NCBI GenBank assembly: GCA_023473585.1
Contig: JAMCYU010000005.1
Location: forward strand, 762 to 64,761
Direction: 5' to 3'
DNA from: Patescibacteria group bacterium
GTDB lineage: Bacteria > Patescibacteriota > Microgenomatia > JAMCYU01
Length of the DNA stretch: 64,000 nucleotides
The translations under genes and the position numbers were made by a program. Of this stretch, positions 29,163 to 39,645 are shown in pieces (position 1 is the stretch's first letter; each line of letters opens with the position of its first letter). Under the pieces are notes generated by a model. The model saw nothing but the letters and a program-made list of their open reading frames with translations. It searched no databases and was not told where the DNA came from.

Positions 29163-29787
29163 TTACTTTTTCAATGGTTTCCCAGGCAAAACCACGACGC
29201 AAAAGATAAGCGCTAAGTTTTTTCCTGATTTCTTCTTGAGGATAATTTTCCCAAACCTTTATCTTTTTACTAACCGCTTTTTTTGCTAAATCATCTTCTT
29301 TAAATAGGTGTTTCATGTTTTGTGTTTCATGTTCTATGATTTCCCGAGAGATCCCTTTTTGCCGAAGTTCCATCTCAAGAACTTTTCTGCCTTTTGGCCG
29401 AAAAGCAGCGCGCTGCTCAATCCACCATTTGGCAAATTCTTTGTCGTTGACAAAACCCAAATGTTTTAATTTGGCCCAAACCATTTTTTTGGTTTTTTCA
29501 CCGACTGCCTGACGATGGAAATAATCTTCCAGTTCTTTTTCCGAACGGGGGCGGAAAGAAAGAAATTTTAAAACCCGCTCATAGACTTTGATAAACTCAT
29601 TTTCTTTAATTAATCTATCGATTTCTGGCAAGGATAAATGATCGTCGATTTTTAAACCCGCCTTAATTAAGGATTCGGCCGAAAGACTAAAAGCGTATTG
29701 ACCATCAAGAAAAATGTTAAAGCGTTTTTGTCCGCCGTAGCTTCGATAGAGGCGGGTTTGATGACGGATATCGGTTATCTGTGGCAT
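29137..29787 (-). CDS. recX: regulatory protein RecX
   Basis: LSFRPRSEKEL, NDKEFA..W, ELRQKGI, LLRRGF; follows recA. Confidence 0.9.
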   Translation of the reverse strand: MPQITDIRHQTRLYRSYGGQKRFNIFLDGQYAFSLSAESLIKAGLKIDDHLSLPEIDRLIKENEFIKVYERVLKFLSFRPRSEKELEDYFHRQAVGEKTKKMVWAKLKHLGFVNDKEFAKWWIEQRAAFRPKGRKVLEMELRQKGISREIIEHETQNMKHLFKEDDLAKKAVSKKIKVWENYPQEEIRKKLSAYLLRRGFAWETIEKVIDEIKEKE

Positions 29788-29793
29788 GAAAAA

Positions 29794-30825
29794 TTATTCG
29801 GCTTCTTCGCCACCGATCTCTTTGGGAATCGGTTTCCCGCTTTTAACCTGTTTCCAGATTGCCTCTAAAATTTCTTTGGCAATTTTGGGAGATTCTTTTA
29901 AGAAAATTCTTGTGGCTTCTTTGCCCTGGCCCAACATGTGTTGACCGAATTTTATGAAAGCCCCGCTTTTTTGGAGAATACCAAATTCAAGCCCGACATC
30001 TAAAAGATTCCCCTCATAAGAAATACCGTCATTTAAAATATCGAATTCGGCGGTTCTAAAAGGCGGCGCCACTTTATTTTTAACGACTTTCACCCGGTGA
30101 CGACTGCCAATTGCCCGGTCGCCGTCTTTTAAAGTTTCAATTTTCCGACTGTCAAGCCGGACAGAAGAATAGAATTTTAAAGCCAAACCACCGGGAGTTG
30201 TTTCCGGATTACCGAACATAATTCCGATTTTTTGACGCAACTGATTGGTGAAAATGGCAATTGTTTTTGATTTGGAAATAACACCCGTTAATTTACGTAA
30301 AGCCTGAGACATGAGTCTTGCCTGAACGCCGATGATGGAATCACCCATTTCTCCTTCAATCTCGGCCCGGGGTACCAGGGCGGCGACGGAATCAATAACG
30401 ACGACATCCACTCCGCCGCTTCTTATCAAAGTTTCGGCAATTTCTAAGGCCTGTTCACCCGTATCCGGTTGAGAAATTAAAAGATTATCCAGGTCAACAC
30501 CGATTATTTTTGCCCAACCCGGATCTAAAGCATGTTCGGCATCAATAAAAGCCGCCGTGCCGCCGTTTTTTTGGGCTTGCGCAATCGTCGCTAAGGCCAG
30601 CGTTGTTTTCCCGGAAGCTTCAGGCCCGAAGATTTCGATAATCCGACCTCTGGGAAGTCCGCCAACGCCTAGGGCAATGTCTAAAGCCAACGCGCCGGTG
30701 GAAACAACATCGGTCGGGGTTTTGGCAGCTGTTTCACCTAAACGCATGATCGAACCCTTACCGTATTGTTTTTCGATCTGCTCCATGGCCAGTTTAATGG
30801 CCGTCAGTTTCTCGTCTTCTGCCAT
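29794..30825 (-). CDS. recA: recombinase RecA
   Basis: [36 protein letters not shown]. Confidence 0.99.
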   Translation of the reverse strand: MAEDEKLTAIKLAMEQIEKQYGKGSIMRLGETAAKTPTDVVSTGALALDIALGVGGLPRGRIIEIFGPEASGKTTLALATIAQAQKNGGTAAFIDAEHALDPGWAKIIGVDLDNLLISQPDTGEQALEIAETLIRSGGVDVVVIDSVAALVPRAEIEGEMGDSIIGVQARLMSQALRKLTGVISKSKTIAIFTNQLRQKIGIMFGNPETTPGGLALKFYSSVRLDSRKIETLKDGDRAIGSRHRVKVVKNKVAPPFRTAEFDILNDGISYEGNLLDVGLEFGILQKSGAFIKFGQHMLGQGKEATRIFLKESPKIAKEILEAIWKQVKSGKPIPKEIGGEEAE

Positions 30826-30870
30826 CGTGCTTTTCTTTTATCACAATTATTGTTAAAATACAAGCATTAT

Positions 30871-30941
30871 CGGGGAGTGGCGTAATGGTAGCGCGCTAGG
30901 CTGGGGGTCTAGCAGCCGGAGTTCGATTCTCCGCTCCCCGA
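30871..30941 (+). tRNA. tRNA-Pro(GGG), CCA not encoded
   Basis: Acceptor CGGGGAG/CTCCCCG, anticodon arm CTAGG-CTGGGGG-TCTAG, T arm CGGAG-TTCGATT-CTCCG. Confidence 0.95.
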
Positions 30942-31060
30942 CACTTTGACTCACAAAGCTTTGCTGTAAGACAAAAATTGGAAGGAGATTGGGCGAAAAA
31001 ATTAGTCGCCCCAAAATACCACGCGGCCAAAATTTTATTAACAGAAGAAATCTGACTCCA

Positions 31061-31086
31061 CTATATTACTTTAAAGCAATATAGTA
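31061..31086. repeat. 26-bp near-palindromic repeat, copy 2 (inverted)
   Basis: CTATATTACTTTAAAGCAATATAGTA, reverse complement of 2983-3008. Confidence 0.85.
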
Positions 31087-31125
31087 AATAATCAATAATA
31101 TTTTAATTTCTTTACTGAAATGTTT

Positions 31126-31590
31126 TTATCTCTTCGGAGACTGTTTTTTGGCTCTTGATTTACCGGCAAAACCGGCTTTTATTCTTTGCTTTTTCCGAGG
31201 ATCACGTTTAAGAAGTCCGGCTTTTTTAAGAAGCGGCCGATATTTTTCTTTGTCAATTTTCTCAATGGCTCTGGCGATACCGTGAATAACGGCGCCCAAT
31301 TGCCCTGTCATCCCGCCGCCCTCAACCTTGACCGTGACCTCAAATCTGCCCAGATTGTCCGTCAACTGAAACGGTTGAAGATAGGCAAATTTAGCTATCT
31401 CGCCGGAAAAATACTCAGGCGCCGGCCGGTTATTAATCGTAATTTCCCCTTTGCCGCCAACCGTAAGCCTGACTCTGGCGGTTGATTCTTTACGTCGGCC
31501 AATCGCCTGATAAAAAGAGATCTTGCTCGGCGCAACTTTGCTGGTCGTTTTTACTTCTTTGGTTATTTCTTCTTTTTTCTTTCTTGGCAT
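31126..31590 (-). CDS. rpsI: 30S ribosomal protein S9
   Basis: GRRKESTARV, GGGMTGQ, C-terminal QSPKR. Confidence 0.96.
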   Translation of the reverse strand: MPRKKKEEITKEVKTTSKVAPSKISFYQAIGRRKESTARVRLTVGGKGEITINNRPAPEYFSGEIAKFAYLQPFQLTDNLGRFEVTVKVEGGGMTGQLGAVIHGIARAIEKIDKEKYRPLLKKAGLLKRDPRKKQRIKAGFAGKSRAKKQSPKR

Positions 31591-31593
31591 ATA

Positions 31594-32007
31594 TTAACTT
31601 TTAAATTTATCTTTATATGGGTGTTCGCTTTCCTGGTAAACATAAAGTCGGGTCAACATTCTGTCTCTTAATTTGTTTTGCGGCAACATTCCCTTAACGG
31701 CTTCATAAATAATTTTTTCCGGCATAACTTGACGCATTTCTCCCAAACTCCGGTTTCTTAAGCCTCCCGGATAACCGGAATAACGATAATAGAGTTTTTG
31801 CTTTTCTTTTTGGCCGGTAACTTTAATCTGTTTAGCATTAACAACGACAACATAATCGCCACAGTCAAGATAACGAACGAAGTAGGGTTTGTTTTTCCCC
31901 ATTAAAAGCGCCGCAATTTTTGTGACCAACCGACCCAGGATTTGATCCTGGGCATCAATTAAATGCCAAGCTTGTTTAATTTCACTCTGACTGGTAGCTT
32001 TAATCAT
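31594..32007 (-). CDS. rplM: 50S ribosomal protein L13
   Basis: WHLIDA..LGRL, DCGDYVVVVNA, YSGYPGG. Confidence 0.96.
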   Translation of the reverse strand: MIKATSQSEIKQAWHLIDAQDQILGRLVTKIAALLMGKNKPYFVRYLDCGDYVVVVNAKQIKVTGQKEKQKLYYRYSGYPGGLRNRSLGEMRQVMPEKIIYEAVKGMLPQNKLRDRMLTRLYVYQESEHPYKDKFKS

Positions 32008-32420
32008 TTCTGAATTTTCTCCTTTTTCCCTGTCGCTTTTTTAGGTTTAGCCACGGCTTTTTTGACCACGGCTGGCTTTTCCAAAACTTCTGTTTTTAAA
32101 TCTTCTACCCATTGGATTAAAACCATAGCCGCGTCGTCGCCGCTTCGTTCTCCAAGACGCAAAATCCGCGTATAGCCGCTTTTTCTTGAAGATAATTTCG
32201 GCAAAATTTCCGTGGTTAATTTATTAACGGCTTCTTTTTGCGGAATTATCTTTAAAACTTCTCTTTTGCCGGCCACCGTCCCTTTTTTAAGTTTGTTAAC
32301 CAATTTATCAATAAGCCCGGAAATCGCTTTGGCTCTTGACCTGGTTGTTTTGATTTGGCCAAAAAGAACCAACGAATAAATTAAATTACGCCAAAGATGA
32401 AATTCCTGTGCTTTTTTCAT
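32004..32420 (-). CDS. rplQ: 50S ribosomal protein L17 (N-terminally short)
   Basis: IKTT..RAK, SGYTRI, R.GDDA.M; follows rpoA. Confidence 0.93.
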   Translation of the reverse strand: MKKAQEFHLWRNLIYSLVLFGQIKTTRSRAKAISGLIDKLVNKLKKGTVAGKREVLKIIPQKEAVNKLTTEILPKLSSRKSGYTRILRLGERSGDDAAMVLIQWVEDLKTEVLEKPAVVKKAVAKPKKATGKKEKIQK

Positions 32421-32432
32421 AAAGTCAACAAG

Positions 32433-33350
32433 TTAAACAGATAAGGCCACGCCTTTTTCTCTTAATTTTTCTTCAACGGTCGTAATCGATTTACCTCCCA
32501 AATTCTTAATTTTCATCAGTTCTTTTTTTGGCGTACCCAAAAGCTGTCCGACGGTTTCGATCCCCCCGTTTTTAAAGGCATTGCTGATTCTCGTCGGTAA
32601 ATCTAACTCTTCAATCGTCATTTTAAGAATCTCATCGGAAACGGCCGGGGTCACGGCCACTCCTTCTGTCGGTACGGCTTTGGGTTCATAAATTTGTAAG
32701 AAATAAGAAACCAATATTTTGGCCGTGCTTCTGACCGCTGACAAAGGATCAATGGTTTTATCGGTCCAAACTTCTAAAATGAGCTTATCAAGATTAGTCA
32801 TGCGGCCGACACGCGTCGCTTCGACTTTATAATTGACCCGCAAAACAGGACTGAAGGTTGCATCGAGAGGAATAATCCCCACGGCCCCGGTTTTTTGTTC
32901 TTCGGCAGGCAGAAAACCAAAACCGGGTTCAACAGTCATTTCCGCTTCAATTTTACTTTTACTGTCAGCGAGTGTGCCTAAATAAAGATCTTTATTGGCA
33001 ACTTCAAGACCCGACGTCAGCTTTAAATCACCGGCGGTAATTTTACCAGGACCGCGAGCCGATAAAGTCACTTTAACCAATTCATTTTTTGACAGCTTAA
33101 ATCTTATCTTTTTGACGTTTAAAATAAACTCGACCACGTCCTCTGATAAACCGGGAATCGTCGAAAATTGATGCTTGACCCCTTCGATCTTAATTGTCGT
33201 CACCGCCGCTCCGGGCAAGGACGAAAGCAAAATCCGACGCAGAGCATTGCCTAAGGTATGGCCAAAACCCTGATCTAAAGGTTCGATGATAAACTTACCA
33301 TAGTCATCCCGTTCTTCTTGAGCCTTGATCTTAAAATTTGGTTCAAACAT
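32433..33350 (-). CDS. rpoA: RNA polymerase alpha subunit
   Basis: GFGHTLGNALRRILLSS, DATFSPV, CTD with KNLGGKS. Confidence 0.98.
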   Translation of the reverse strand: MFEPNFKIKAQEERDDYGKFIIEPLDQGFGHTLGNALRRILLSSLPGAAVTTIKIEGVKHQFSTIPGLSEDVVEFILNVKKIRFKLSKNELVKVTLSARGPGKITAGDLKLTSGLEVANKDLYLGTLADSKSKIEAEMTVEPGFGFLPAEEQKTGAVGIIPLDATFSPVLRVNYKVEATRVGRMTNLDKLILEVWTDKTIDPLSAVRSTAKILVSYFLQIYEPKAVPTEGVAVTPAVSDEILKMTIEELDLPTRISNAFKNGGIETVGQLLGTPKKELMKIKNLGGKSITTVEEKLREKGVALSV

Positions 33351-33368
33351 AAAAAGCTCCTTTCATTT

Positions 33369-33992
33369 TTATCTTGAATAAGATTCGACTATTTGTTGTT
33401 CGTCAATTTCCGTTTCAATATTGTCTCTTTTGGGAATATTTAAAACTTTACCCACCGGTCCTTTTCGTGTCAACCAGGAAGGCAAATTGGGATTTTTATC
33501 TTCTAAAAGTTTCGTAATAACCGGAATTTTCAACGCCTTATCAGAAAGAGTGATAATATCATCTTTTTTGACCGCATAGGACGGAATATTAACTTTACGA
33601 CCGTTAACCTGAATATGCCCGTGTGAAACCAGTTGTCTGGCTGCCGCCCTGGTCGGAACTAAATTTAAACGGTAAACAACATTGTCAAGCCTGGTTTCTA
33701 GCGCCTGGAGCAAAGACTCCCCGGTGCTGGCTTTCTTCTTTCGGGCTATGGTAAAATAACGTCTGAATTGTTTCTCTAAAAGACCATAAATTCTTTTCGC
33801 TTTTTGTTTTTCCCGAAGTTGCAGACCAAATTCCGATGGTTTTCTTCTTTTTCTTTGTTGACCATGAATTCCCGGAGCAATATTAATACGGCGCAGCAAG
33901 GAAGCATGAGCCTTACTGCCTACGGTTTTTAAGCCAAGGTCTTGTCCTTCGCGCCTAGCCAGTCTATTTTTTGGACCCGTATATCTTCCCAT
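33369..33992 (-). CDS. rpsD: 30S ribosomal protein S4
   Basis: GRYTGP, QLREKQK, LETRLDNVVYR, ARQLVSHGH. Confidence 0.98.
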   Translation of the reverse strand: MGRYTGPKNRLARREGQDLGLKTVGSKAHASLLRRINIAPGIHGQQRKRRKPSEFGLQLREKQKAKRIYGLLEKQFRRYFTIARKKKASTGESLLQALETRLDNVVYRLNLVPTRAAARQLVSHGHIQVNGRKVNIPSYAVKKDDIITLSDKALKIPVITKLLEDKNPNLPSWLTRKGPVGKVLNIPKRDNIETEIDEQQIVESYSR

Positions 33993-33996
33993 TTAA

Positions 33997-34368
33997 TTAG
34001 ACTCTCCTTTTTTTCTTCGGCCTGACACCGTTATGAGGAATCGGTGTCACGTCGGCAATTAAACTGATCTGTAAACCGACCGATTTTAAAGCCCGTAGGG
34101 CGGCATCTCTACCGGCTCCCGGACCTTTGATATAAACCTCAACTTCACGAATACCAGCAATCTGAGCTTTTCGCGCTACTAATTCAACGGCCGTGGTCGC
34201 GGCATAGGGTGTCGATTTCCGGGCTCCCTTAAAACCCGAGGCCCCAGATGATCCCCAACAAACGGTATTACCGGAGTCGTCGGTCATCGTCACCAGGGTA
34301 TTATTAAAGGTCGCGGTAACATAAACACGACCCCTGGAACCAACTTGTTTGATTTTTTTTATAGCCAT
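33997..34368 (-). CDS. rpsK: 30S ribosomal protein S11
   Basis: [21 protein letters not shown]. Confidence 0.98.
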   Translation of the reverse strand: MAIKKIKQVGSRGRVYVTATFNNTLVTMTDDSGNTVCWGSSGASGFKGARKSTPYAATTAVELVARKAQIAGIREVEVYIKGPGAGRDAALRALKSVGLQISLIADVTPIPHNGVRPKKKRRV

Positions 34369-34794
34369 TTATTTACTTACCTCTTTTGTTGCTGAACCTG
34401 TAGGCGCGGAACTTGTCCTGGCTGCCATTTCTTTCTTAATCGCCCCAATCGTCACTCTTTTGCCCCGCTTTGTCCGGGCATTACTTCTGGTCCGTTGTCC
34501 ACGAACCGGTAAATTCCGACTGTGACGCACGCCTCTATAGGCACCAATTTCTCTTAATCTTTTAAGATTTTCCTGTATCTCCCGACGTAAATCGCCTTCA
34601 ATTTTGTAGGTATCAACAACTTTTTGCAAACGACTGATCTCTTCTTCCGTCAATTCATGAGTCCTTTTGGCGGGTTCGACTTTGGCCGAAGCCAAAATAG
34701 GCCCGACATTTGACCAGCCGATTCCATAAATTTTGGTTAAGCTGTAATCAATTCTTTTTTTATCTGGTAAATCAATACCGGCAATTCTTGCCAT
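34369..34794 (-). CDS. rpsM: 30S ribosomal protein S13
   Basis: MARIAGIDLP, IYGIG, LPVRGQRT..NARTKRG. Confidence 0.98.
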   Translation of the reverse strand: MARIAGIDLPDKKRIDYSLTKIYGIGWSNVGPILASAKVEPAKRTHELTEEEISRLQKVVDTYKIEGDLRREIQENLKRLREIGAYRGVRHSRNLPVRGQRTRSNARTKRGKRVTIGAIKKEMAARTSSAPTGSATKEVSK

Positions 34795-34796
34795 CT

Positions 34797-34910
34797 TTAT
34801 CCTTGTCTTTGTTTATGTTTAGGATTATCGCAAGTTACGTAAAGCCGCCCCTTACGTTTAACCACGCGACATTTTTGACATCTTTTTTTAATTGAGGCTG
34901 CGACTTTCAT
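34797..34910 (-). CDS. rpmJ: 50S ribosomal protein L36 (missed by ORF track)
   Basis: [37 protein letters not shown]. Confidence 0.97.
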   Translation of the reverse strand: MKVAASIKKRCQKCRVVKRKGRLYVTCDNPKHKQRQG

Positions 34911-34912
34911 AA

Positions 34913-35131
34913 TTATTTAAAACGATAAATGATTCTTCCTTTATTTTCGTCATAGGGTGTCATTTCGACTTTAACCCTATCACCCGGCATAATTCTAATA
35001 TAATTAATCCTCATTTTTCCGGCTAAATAGCATAAAATAATCTTGCCGTCTCCAAGTTTGACCCGAAACAAAGTATTAGGTAAGGCTTCGGTGACTTCCC
35101 CCTCAACCTCGATTTTTTGTTGATCTGCCAT
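34913..35131 (-). CDS. infA: translation initiation factor IF-1
   Basis: EALPN..F, GKMR..YIRI.PGD.V.VE.TPYD. Confidence 0.97.
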   Translation of the reverse strand: MADQQKIEVEGEVTEALPNTLFRVKLGDGKIILCYLAGKMRINYIRIMPGDRVKVEMTPYDENKGRIIYRFK

Positions 35132-35162
35132 ACTTTTTTTAAAGACAGTGTATTTTACTAAA

Positions 35163-35921
35163 TTAAGACGTTTGCGTCAATACTATCGGCCCTTTGGCCG
35201 TGATCGCGATGGTATCCTCGAATAAACCGGAAAGCTTGCCGTCTTCCGTCTGAATTGTCCAGCCATCGTCATTTCGGTAAACGACCTGCGCTTTCCCTTG
35301 ATTATAGATAATCTCAACCGCCAACGTCATCCCTTCTTTAAGTTTTGGCGTCTTCTCGACTTTGTCTTCCAAAAAACAAGGAATTGCCGGTTCTTCATGT
35401 AAATTTTTGCCGATACCGTGACCGGTTAAGGCTCTCACCGATGAATAACCTTCCTTTTCCACGGTTTCCTGAATAATCGCGGAAAGATGACCGATATGCT
35501 TACCGACCAAAGCCTGGTTTATGGCTTTTTCCAGTGCCTTTTGTCCTGTTTTCAAAAATTTTAATTTGTTCTTTTCTTTTTGTTCGCCAACGATAACCGT
35601 TTGGGCCATATCGCTATGAAACCCCTGATAAAGCATCCCGATATCAATCCCTAAAAGGTCGCCTTCTTTTAACTTGTAGTCGCCAGGTATTCCATGAACC
35701 ACGATGTCATTAACGCACATACAACTGGCCCATTTATAGTCTCGCACCTTTTTAAAAGACGGTTCGCCCTTTTGGCTGATCAGTTTGTCGGCCAAACGAT
35801 CTAGTTCTAAAGTGCTTACCCCCGGCCGAACATTTCTTTTAACTTTCTCCATCACGCCGGCTAAAATTTGACCCCCTTTTTTCATGATTTCCATCTCTTC
35901 TTTGGTTTTAAGAGAAATCAT
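35163..35921 (-). CDS. map: methionine aminopeptidase type I
   Basis: VVHGIP, DIG, HSDMA, GHGIG..LHEEP. Confidence 0.95.
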   Translation of the reverse strand: MISLKTKEEMEIMKKGGQILAGVMEKVKRNVRPGVSTLELDRLADKLISQKGEPSFKKVRDYKWASCMCVNDIVVHGIPGDYKLKEGDLLGIDIGMLYQGFHSDMAQTVIVGEQKEKNKLKFLKTGQKALEKAINQALVGKHIGHLSAIIQETVEKEGYSSVRALTGHGIGKNLHEEPAIPCFLEDKVEKTPKLKEGMTLAVEIIYNQGKAQVVYRNDDGWTIQTEDGKLSGLFEDTIAITAKGPIVLTQTS

Positions 35922-36577
35922 TTCATCCCCTTGGTTCTTTGCAAAATTTTGCTAACGACTTCAGGAATACTTAAGTTGGTCGTGTCCAAAACCCAAGCAT
36001 CATCAACAACTTTTAAAGGATCTGTTTTCCTTTCCGTATCTTGAGTGTCTCTTTTAATCGTCTCTTCTAAAACACAACCAAAAGACTTTTCGATACCCTT
36101 ATTCTTAAATTCTTTATATTTTCTTTCCGCTCTTTCTTCTTGATCTGCGGTCAGATAAATCTTAAGATTGGCCAATGGCAAAACACGGGTCGTAATATCC
36201 CTGCCTTCCATCACCACGCTTTCACCTTTGGCTAATTTTTTTTGTTTTTCAACCAAAAGCTTTCTAACTTGAGGCAACGTGGCCACCACCGATGCTCCCC
36301 ATCCCATCTCCGGTTTCCTGATAACCGAAGAGATGTCCTGGCCATTAAGAAAAAGACGTGATTTCTCAAATTCGATCTTCGCTTTTTTTAAAAGAGCAAC
36401 GACTTTCTTTTCATCTTTTAAGTCAATTTTTTGAGCCGTTGCCAAAAAGGCAGTGGCCCGATACATGGCTCCGGTATCAATATAGATTATCCCTAATTTG
36501 TCGGCTAAAATTTTGGCAATCGTTGATTTTCCTGCCCCAACCGGACCATCAATGGCAATCTGCAAAAGTTTCTTCAT
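35918..36577 (-). CDS. cmk: cytidylate kinase
   Basis: IAIDGPVGAGKST, DTGAMYRA, EGRDI, RD..D..R. Confidence 0.95.
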   Translation of the reverse strand: MKKLLQIAIDGPVGAGKSTIAKILADKLGIIYIDTGAMYRATAFLATAQKIDLKDEKKVVALLKKAKIEFEKSRLFLNGQDISSVIRKPEMGWGASVVATLPQVRKLLVEKQKKLAKGESVVMEGRDITTRVLPLANLKIYLTADQEERAERKYKEFKNKGIEKSFGCVLEETIKRDTQDTERKTDPLKVVDDAWVLDTTNLSIPEVVSKILQRTKGMK

Positions 36578-37146
36578 TTTTTCAGGCGGGATAAGATATC
36601 CTGGCTGATTTCTTCAACCGACCTTTCCCCGTTAATTTCTTCCAAAATCCCCAGCTTTTGGAAAAAATCCAAAACCGCTTTTTCACCCTGATAATACATT
36701 TCCAGTCTTTGTTTTATCCGTTCTGGTGAATCATGAAGCTCGTTGCTTCCGGCATGCAAAGGTCGGCCTCTTTTCAAAAGTCTTCCCATCGATTCCGAAG
36801 GTGAAATCTTAAGATAAATCGCCTTTTCAATCTTATAACCGTATTTATCAATTTTGTTAACCAAAAATTTGGCCTGGCGTAAGTTTCTGGGAAAACCGTC
36901 AATAATCCAGCCGTCTTTGGTTTTTTTAAGTTTATTTTTCCAAAGAACAAACATTTCACTGTCGGGGACATACTTCCCTTCAGAGAGCGACCTAAGACAG
37001 GCGGCGCCAATTAAGCCCTTGTCAGTGGCGGCCGCTTCTCTAACCAAATCACCGGAGGTTAAAATCGGCAAATTAAGCTTTTCGGCCAAAAGTTTCGCCT
37101 GGGTTCCTTTACCTGATCCCTCCGGTCCGTAAAAAACGATATGCAT
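36574..37146 (-). CDS. adk: adenylate kinase (short-lid type)
   Basis: GPEGSGKGTQA, SGDLVR, DGFPR; follows secY. Confidence 0.9.
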   Translation of the reverse strand: MHIVFYGPEGSGKGTQAKLLAEKLNLPILTSGDLVREAAATDKGLIGAACLRSLSEGKYVPDSEMFVLWKNKLKKTKDGWIIDGFPRNLRQAKFLVNKIDKYGYKIEKAIYLKISPSESMGRLLKRGRPLHAGSNELHDSPERIKQRLEMYYQGEKAVLDFFQKLGILEEINGERSVEEISQDILSRLKK

Positions 37147-37150
37147 AAAA

Positions 37151-38440
37151 CTACTCCTTTAAGAAGCCGTCATAGCTTCTCATGACTAACATGGATTCAA
37201 GTTGTTTGGTTGTCTCTAAAATAACGGAAACAACAATCAAAATTCCCGTACCACCCAACATCAGTGTCGTAATCCCGGTCGTACCTCTGGCCAAAGATGG
37301 TAAAACGGCAATTAGACCAAGAAAAATCGCTCCGGCCAGGGTAATCCTGGTTAAAATATAGTTTAAGTAATTGGCCGTTGGAGTGCCTGGTCTAATCCCG
37401 GGGATAAAACCACCGTATTTTTGAATCTCCGAGGCAATTTTTTGCGGATTAAAAGTTACCGCCGTATAAAAATACGTAAAACCGATAACCAGGATAAAGT
37501 AAGTCAGATTATAAACGAGACCCGAAGGATCAAACAGATTGGCGACGGTTCTGGCTATCGTTGACACCGTTTGATTTGGTGTCTGTTCTAAAAAACTGGC
37601 AAACATGGAAGGCAAAAGAATTAAAGAAATGGCAAAAATAATGGGAATAACTCCGGCCTGATTAACCCGTAAAGGCAAATGAGTTGAACCGCCACCATAC
37701 ATTTTACCACCTCTAATCCTTTTGGCATAAGCCACGGAAATTTGTCTTGTCCCCTCATTAACGACAACAATTCCGGCAATAACCACCACGGCCATTAAGG
37801 AAAAAACAATGATATTGGTTATGTTTTCTGCCGAAGTTACCGAAACTGTTTGCCCTAAAGCAATGGGAAGTCTTCCTACAATCCCGGCAAAAATCAACAT
37901 AGAAATCCCGTTACCGATCCCATTTTCCGAAATAAGTTCTCCCAACCACATTAAAAGGATCGTCCCGGCAATCATGGTTGTGATTAGTCCTATTAAAAGC
38001 TGTGGTGACAAATTGCCGATAATTTTTTGATTGCGCAATAAAGCGTACATCCCGATCGCCTGAAGTAAAGCCAAAGGAACGGTTAAAAAGCGGGAATACT
38101 GATTGATTTTTTGTCTGCCGTATTCTCCTTCCTTGGCTAATTCTTCTAGTTTGGGAAAGACAATCTGTAAAAGTTGTAAAATAATCGTCGCGTTGATATA
38201 GGGATTAAGTCCTAGGGCCATAACGGAAAAATTAGCCAATGTTCCTCCTGAAAAAATATCCAAAAGCCCTAAAAGCTGATTTTGCGTAAAAAGTCTGCGT
38301 AAGGCCACCAGATCAACTCCGGGAATAGGAACATGAGCGAAAATTCTAAAAACAACGAAAATGGCTACGGTGAAAAGAATTTTTCTTCGTAAATCGGGAA
38401 TTTTAAAAGCATTAATAATCGGCCCTAAGATTTTATTCAT
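37151..38440 (-). CDS. secY: preprotein translocase SecY
   Basis: [33 protein letters not shown]. Confidence 0.99.
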   Translation of the reverse strand: MNKILGPIINAFKIPDLRRKILFTVAIFVVFRIFAHVPIPGVDLVALRRLFTQNQLLGLLDIFSGGTLANFSVMALGLNPYINATIILQLLQIVFPKLEELAKEGEYGRQKINQYSRFLTVPLALLQAIGMYALLRNQKIIGNLSPQLLIGLITTMIAGTILLMWLGELISENGIGNGISMLIFAGIVGRLPIALGQTVSVTSAENITNIIVFSLMAVVVIAGIVVVNEGTRQISVAYAKRIRGGKMYGGGSTHLPLRVNQAGVIPIIFAISLILLPSMFASFLEQTPNQTVSTIARTVANLFDPSGLVYNLTYFILVIGFTYFYTAVTFNPQKIASEIQKYGGFIPGIRPGTPTANYLNYILTRITLAGAIFLGLIAVLPSLARGTTGITTLMLGGTGILIVVSVILETTKQLESMLVMRSYDGFLKE

Positions 38441-38877
38441 GCTTCAATTTTACCTCCGGCTTTAAGAATCTTTTCTTTGGCGCCCCCGGAACAGGGAAGT
38501 TTAACAATTAAAGGAATTTTTACTTCTCCGTCGCCTAGAATTTTAACCCCGAAGGCCTTGGCCTCCTCTTTTTTGAGAATATTCGCTTTAATCAAGGCTT
38601 CCAAATCAACGACGCTTCCTTTAGTCAAAAGATTTAAATATTTAACATTAATAATAATGGGGTCAATCTTCAGCGACTTATTTCTGCTCTTACCTCTTTT
38701 TAACGGCAATCTTTTAATTAAGGGTAATTGACCGCCCTCAAAACCCATTTTTATTTTACCTCTGGCTTTTTGCCCCTTAGTCCCGCGCCCGGCGGTTTTA
38801 CCTCGTCCAGAACCATGACCACGACCAAGTCTTTTTTTTGATCTGGCGGTTATTTTAGGTAAATCATTCAGTTTCAT
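38437..38877 (-). CDS. rplO: 50S ribosomal protein L15
   Basis: [30 protein letters not shown]. Confidence 0.98.
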   Translation of the reverse strand: MKLNDLPKITARSKKRLGRGHGSGRGKTAGRGTKGQKARGKIKMGFEGGQLPLIKRLPLKRGKSRNKSLKIDPIIINVKYLNLLTKGSVVDLEALIKANILKKEEAKAFGVKILGDGEVKIPLIVKLPCSGGAKEKILKAGGKIEA

Positions 38878-39310
38878 TAATCCTCCTTAGTTTTTTTAAA
38901 GCCTCAAGGGTCGCGTAAACGTTAGAGGCTTGATTATCACTGCCTAAAACTTTAGAAACGATGTCTTTAATCCCCGCCGCTTCAACGACAACCCGAACGG
39001 CTCCGCCGGCAATAACCCCTGTGCCGGCTGGAGCTGGTTTCAGCAAAACCAAAGCGGCACCTCTTTTAATTCTGATTTCATGAGGAATTGTCGTTCCTCT
39101 TAAAGGCACGGTAATTAAATGTTTTTTCCCGTAAGCCACGCCTTTTTGAACGGCATTGGAAACTTCGGGTGCTTTACCCAGGCCAACGCCAACCCGACCC
39201 TTTTTATCGCCAACGACCACAATCACGGAAAAGCCGATTTTATTTCCGCCCTTCGTCTTTTTGGAAACGCGATTAACCTGAACCACTTTTTCCTCAAATT
39301 CCTGTTCCAT
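38864..39310 (-). CDS. rpsE: 30S ribosomal protein S5
   Basis: [29 protein letters not shown]. Confidence 0.98.
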   Translation of the reverse strand: MEQEFEEKVVQVNRVSKKTKGGNKIGFSVIVVVGDKKGRVGVGLGKAPEVSNAVQKGVAYGKKHLITVPLRGTTIPHEIRIKRGAALVLLKPAPAGTGVIAGGAVRVVVEAAGIKDIVSKVLGSDNQASNVYATLEALKKLRRINETE

Positions 39311-39357
39311 ATTTTGATTAGAGGTAGACCAATTATTGCTCTTGACTCCTTTATAGT

Positions 39358-39642
39358 TTAGAATTTTAGACCTCCTTCTCTTGCTCCTTCAGCTAAGGCT
39401 TTAACACGACCATGATATTTGCATTTTCCCCGATCAAAAAAAACTTCACTGGCTTTTTTAGCAAAAGCTTTTTTAGCTAAAATTTTGCCTAATTCTTTCG
39501 CTTTTGCCGTTTTTGTCCCTTTAAAGTCTTCCTTAAGATCATGGCCACTTACGGCCGCTAAGGTTTTCCCCGCCTGATCGTCAATAACTTGGGCGTAGAT
39601 ATATTTATTTGAGCGAAAAACTGAGAGTCTTAGTCTTTTCAT
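39358..39642 (-). CDS. rplR: 50S ribosomal protein L18 (N-terminal tail absent)
   Basis: [27 protein letters not shown]. Confidence 0.96.
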   Translation of the reverse strand: MKRLRLSVFRSNKYIYAQVIDDQAGKTLAAVSGHDLKEDFKGTKTAKAKELGKILAKKAFAKKASEVFFDRGKCKYHGRVKALAEGAREGGLKF

Positions 39643-39645
39643 TTT

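Noticed and set aside
38864-38877. Absence of rpmD (L30) between rpsE and rplO as a novelty
   Set aside because: Established CPR trait; used only as taxonomic evidence
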